40,474 nucleotides of DNA from an uncultured Planctomycetaceae bacterium (GTDB lineage Bacteria; Planctomycetota; Planctomycetia; Pirellulales; UBA1268), in NCBI GenBank assembly GCA_903917235.1, contig CAIWZS010000382.1, forward strand, positions 1 through 40,474, given 5' to 3'. The notes under the pieces were generated by a model that was not told the DNA's origin, ran no database searches, and saw nothing but the letters and a program-made list of their open reading frames with translations. Numbering within the stretch: position 1 is the stretch's first letter; every line of letters starts with the position of its first letter. This document shows, one piece after another, positions 38,660 through 40,474 of the stretch. A program made the translations under genes and the position numbers.

Positions 38660-39514
38660 ATGCTCAGCAACCGAACCCGCATACCGACGACGCCGCGTAC
38701 GACACGCACCGCCCTCCGGTTCGCCCGGCTCACCCGGCTTGTCCGGCTCACCCTGATCGCCTCCGTCGCCGTGACGGGCGAGCGGGCCATCTCCCAGGAC
38801 GTCCTCCTCGACCTGCCGGCACCACGGAGCGTGCCGGTGAAGCCCCTCACCGATCCTCCCGTACCGCCGGAGCCGTTGACGCCCCCGCCCGCGACGGACG
38901 CCGTTTCCGAAGCCGCGCCCGCCACGACGGACGCGGAGATGCTCACCGACGACGAGGCCGCACCGTCGGCCGGTCCGGCGAAGGTGCAAACGACCAGAAC
39001 CGACAGGACGACGGACAAGGCCAGGAATGACACGGCCACGAATGACAAGACCGGGAAGGATGCCGCCAAGACCGATCGGGCGAAGGGTGACGCCAAGAGC
39101 GACAAAAAAGAGGGGAAGAAAAAAGAGGAGACGAACGACTGCTGCGGACGGCCCGGCATGATTCCCGTCTGCCGCTGCGTGCCCGTCACGAAGAAGAAGA
39201 GCCACACGGAATATGAGACGAAGTGCGAGCTCGTGTGCGTGCCCGGCTGTGGATTGCTCCACGGCCACTGTCTCGGCGGGCACGGCGCCGGGCATGCACC
39301 CGGCTGCTGCGACGACGGCTGCCCGTCATGCGCCGATGTCCGCATCCGGCAGCGAAAAACGCTCCAGAAACGCGTGACTGAGAAGGAATACGACTCCTAC
39401 GAGTTCAAGATCGAATGGGTGCCGGCCCGCTGTGCCTTCGGCGGATGCACCGCGTGCGGGGATGGCCGCCACGGCCACGGCGGCTTCTTCGACTGGCTCC
39501 TGTCCCATGAATAG
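38660..39514 (+). CDS. Exported protein with low-complexity linker and Cys/His-rich C-terminal domain
   Basis: GGAGA RBS before ATG 38660 (alternative 38591); signal-like segment; Pro-rich then Lys/Asp-rich linker; 15 Cys and 8 His in the last ~125 aa. Confidence 0.72.
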   Translation: MLSNRTRIPTTPRTTRTALRFARLTRLVRLTLIASVAVTGERAISQDVLLDLPAPRSVPVKPLTDPPVPPEPLTPPPATDAVSEAAPATTDAEMLTDDEAAPSAGPAKVQTTRTDRTTDKARNDTATNDKTGKDAAKTDRAKGDAKSDKKEGKKKEETNDCCGRPGMIPVCRCVPVTKKKSHTEYETKCELVCVPGCGLLHGHCLGGHGAGHAPGCCDDGCPSCADVRIRQRKTLQKRVTEKEYDSYEFKIEWVPARCAFGGCTACGDGRHGHGGFFDWLLSHE

Positions 39515-39546
39515 ACACCGGCCTGCGGCGTGCCCATGATCAGGGC

Positions 39547-40344
39547 ATGGGCCAGGGCATGATCGACCGCGTCGACGTCGCCATCATCTTCGCGCTCGAA
39601 CTCGAGGCGGCGCCCCTTCGCGACCGCCTGGAGGATGCGGTGAGGCTGCAGGCACGGGACACCGCGGTGACGACGGGGCGGCTCGGTGACCGCACGGTGG
39701 CGATCGCGGTCGCCGGCATGGGGATGGTGGCGGCACGGGCGACGCGGCAGGTGATCGACGGGCACCGGCCCGGGTCGGTGATCGCCGCCGGGCTCTGCGG
39801 CGGACTCTCCCCCGACCTCGACCGCGGCGCCCTCGTCGTCGCCGACCGGGTCGCCCACGTCGCAGCGGCACGGCCGCCAGCCCCGGCCGGCAACGGCGGG
39901 GAGATGATTGACCTGCGTTCCGCAGGCCCCGTCGCGCTCACCGCTCCCGATGCATCGGCGCTCGAGCGACTGTCGGGCCGCGTCTGGCGGGGGCTGGTCG
40001 TGACGGCGGACGCGGTGGTCGCGACGCCGGACGCGAAACGCCGACTCGCGGACGAGACCGGAGCGGTGTGCGTCGACATGGAATCGTGGTGGATCGTCGA
40101 CGAGGCGATCCGCGCCGGGCGGCCTGCCGGCGTGGTGCGGGCCGTGAGTGACACCGTCGCCGAGGCGATTCCCGCGGACATCGCCCGGCTGGCGGGCATG
40201 CCGCACGCGATGAGGCGGGTCGGCGCGGCAATGCGGCTCCTGTGGCGTCGCCCCGGGGCGATCGTCGAACTCGCCGAACTCCGCGACCAGGCGCACCGAG
40301 TCGCGGACGGCCTGGCCGTCCGCCTGGTGGAACTCCTCGCCTGA
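39547..40344 (+). CDS. Nucleoside phosphorylase family protein (PNP_UDP_1; HpnG/MTAN-like)
   Basis: IFALELEA, GMG, VIAAGLCGGLSPDL..G.LVVAD, VDMES, VRAVSD, plus a C-terminal helical LLWRRPGAI extension typical of HpnG-like members. Confidence 0.85.
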   Translation: MGQGMIDRVDVAIIFALELEAAPLRDRLEDAVRLQARDTAVTTGRLGDRTVAIAVAGMGMVAARATRQVIDGHRPGSVIAAGLCGGLSPDLDRGALVVADRVAHVAAARPPAPAGNGGEMIDLRSAGPVALTAPDASALERLSGRVWRGLVVTADAVVATPDAKRRLADETGAVCVDMESWWIVDEAIRAGRPAGVVRAVSDTVAEAIPADIARLAGMPHAMRRVGAAMRLLWRRPGAIVELAELRDQAHRVADGLAVRLVELLA

Positions 40345-40474
40345 TCACGTTTCCTGCCCGCCGACGAGAAGCCGCACGAGACGAGACCGCGGCAGGTCGG
40401 GAACCGGCGGCGGGGCCGGCCGCCCCAGCCGGGCCGCCACCGCGGCCGCCGCGATGCGTCCGCTGCGCACGGCC
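40345..40474 (-). CDS. 3' end of an FAD-dependent oxidoreductase, probably hydroxysqualene dehydroxylase HpnE (partial)
   Basis: Hand translation AVRSGRIAAAAVAARLGRPAPPPVPDLPRSRLVRLLVGGQET*; AVRSG..AA matches the (EG)AVRSG C-terminal motif of HpnE/amine-oxidase-family enzymes. Only 42 codons are visible. Confidence 0.5.
   Translation of the reverse strand, partial: AVRSGRIAAAAVAARLGRPAPPPVPDLPRSRLVRLLVGGQET

Noticed and set aside
1-40474. CRISPR arrays, tRNA/rRNA genes, transposases, prophage or defence genes
   Set aside because: No regularly spaced repeat-spacer array, cloverleaf/T-loop signature or relevant protein motifs seen; the repeats found are intragenic or single hairpins.

Overview
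GC-rich (roughly 70% by eye) bacterial chromosomal segment, most likely Planctomycetota (Pirellulales-like). Evidence for the lineage: an 'ERLERRTLLA' planctomycete extracellular motif, a DLG-type Ser/Thr kinase, a Tat-exported Gfo/Idh/MocA protein, paralogous OprO/P porins and several planctomycete-type hypothetical proteins. About 30 CDSs are supported. Housekeeping genes: glnD (partial), PduO-type adenosyltransferase, proC, trxA, an RpoD-like sigma factor, guaB, guaA, ilvD, surE. Lipid genes: btaA/btaB (betaine lipid), an HpnG-like phosphorylase and a probable hpnE 3' end. Also a PiT phosphate transporter and two OprO/P porins. The most unusual element is a 1454-aa secreted beta-solenoid protein (31949-36313) between the two porins. 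It carries two pepsin-like aspartic protease domains, each apparently inserted into the middle of a scaffold repeat. Non-coding signals include a ~132-bp terminal-inverted-repeat (MITE/REP-like) element, a recurrent TANNCT-CCG -10 motif (some copies suggest leaderless mRNAs) and a candidate sigma-54 promoter. No tRNA, rRNA, CRISPR array or transposase was seen. All family assignments come from motif recognition by eye; no database search was run.
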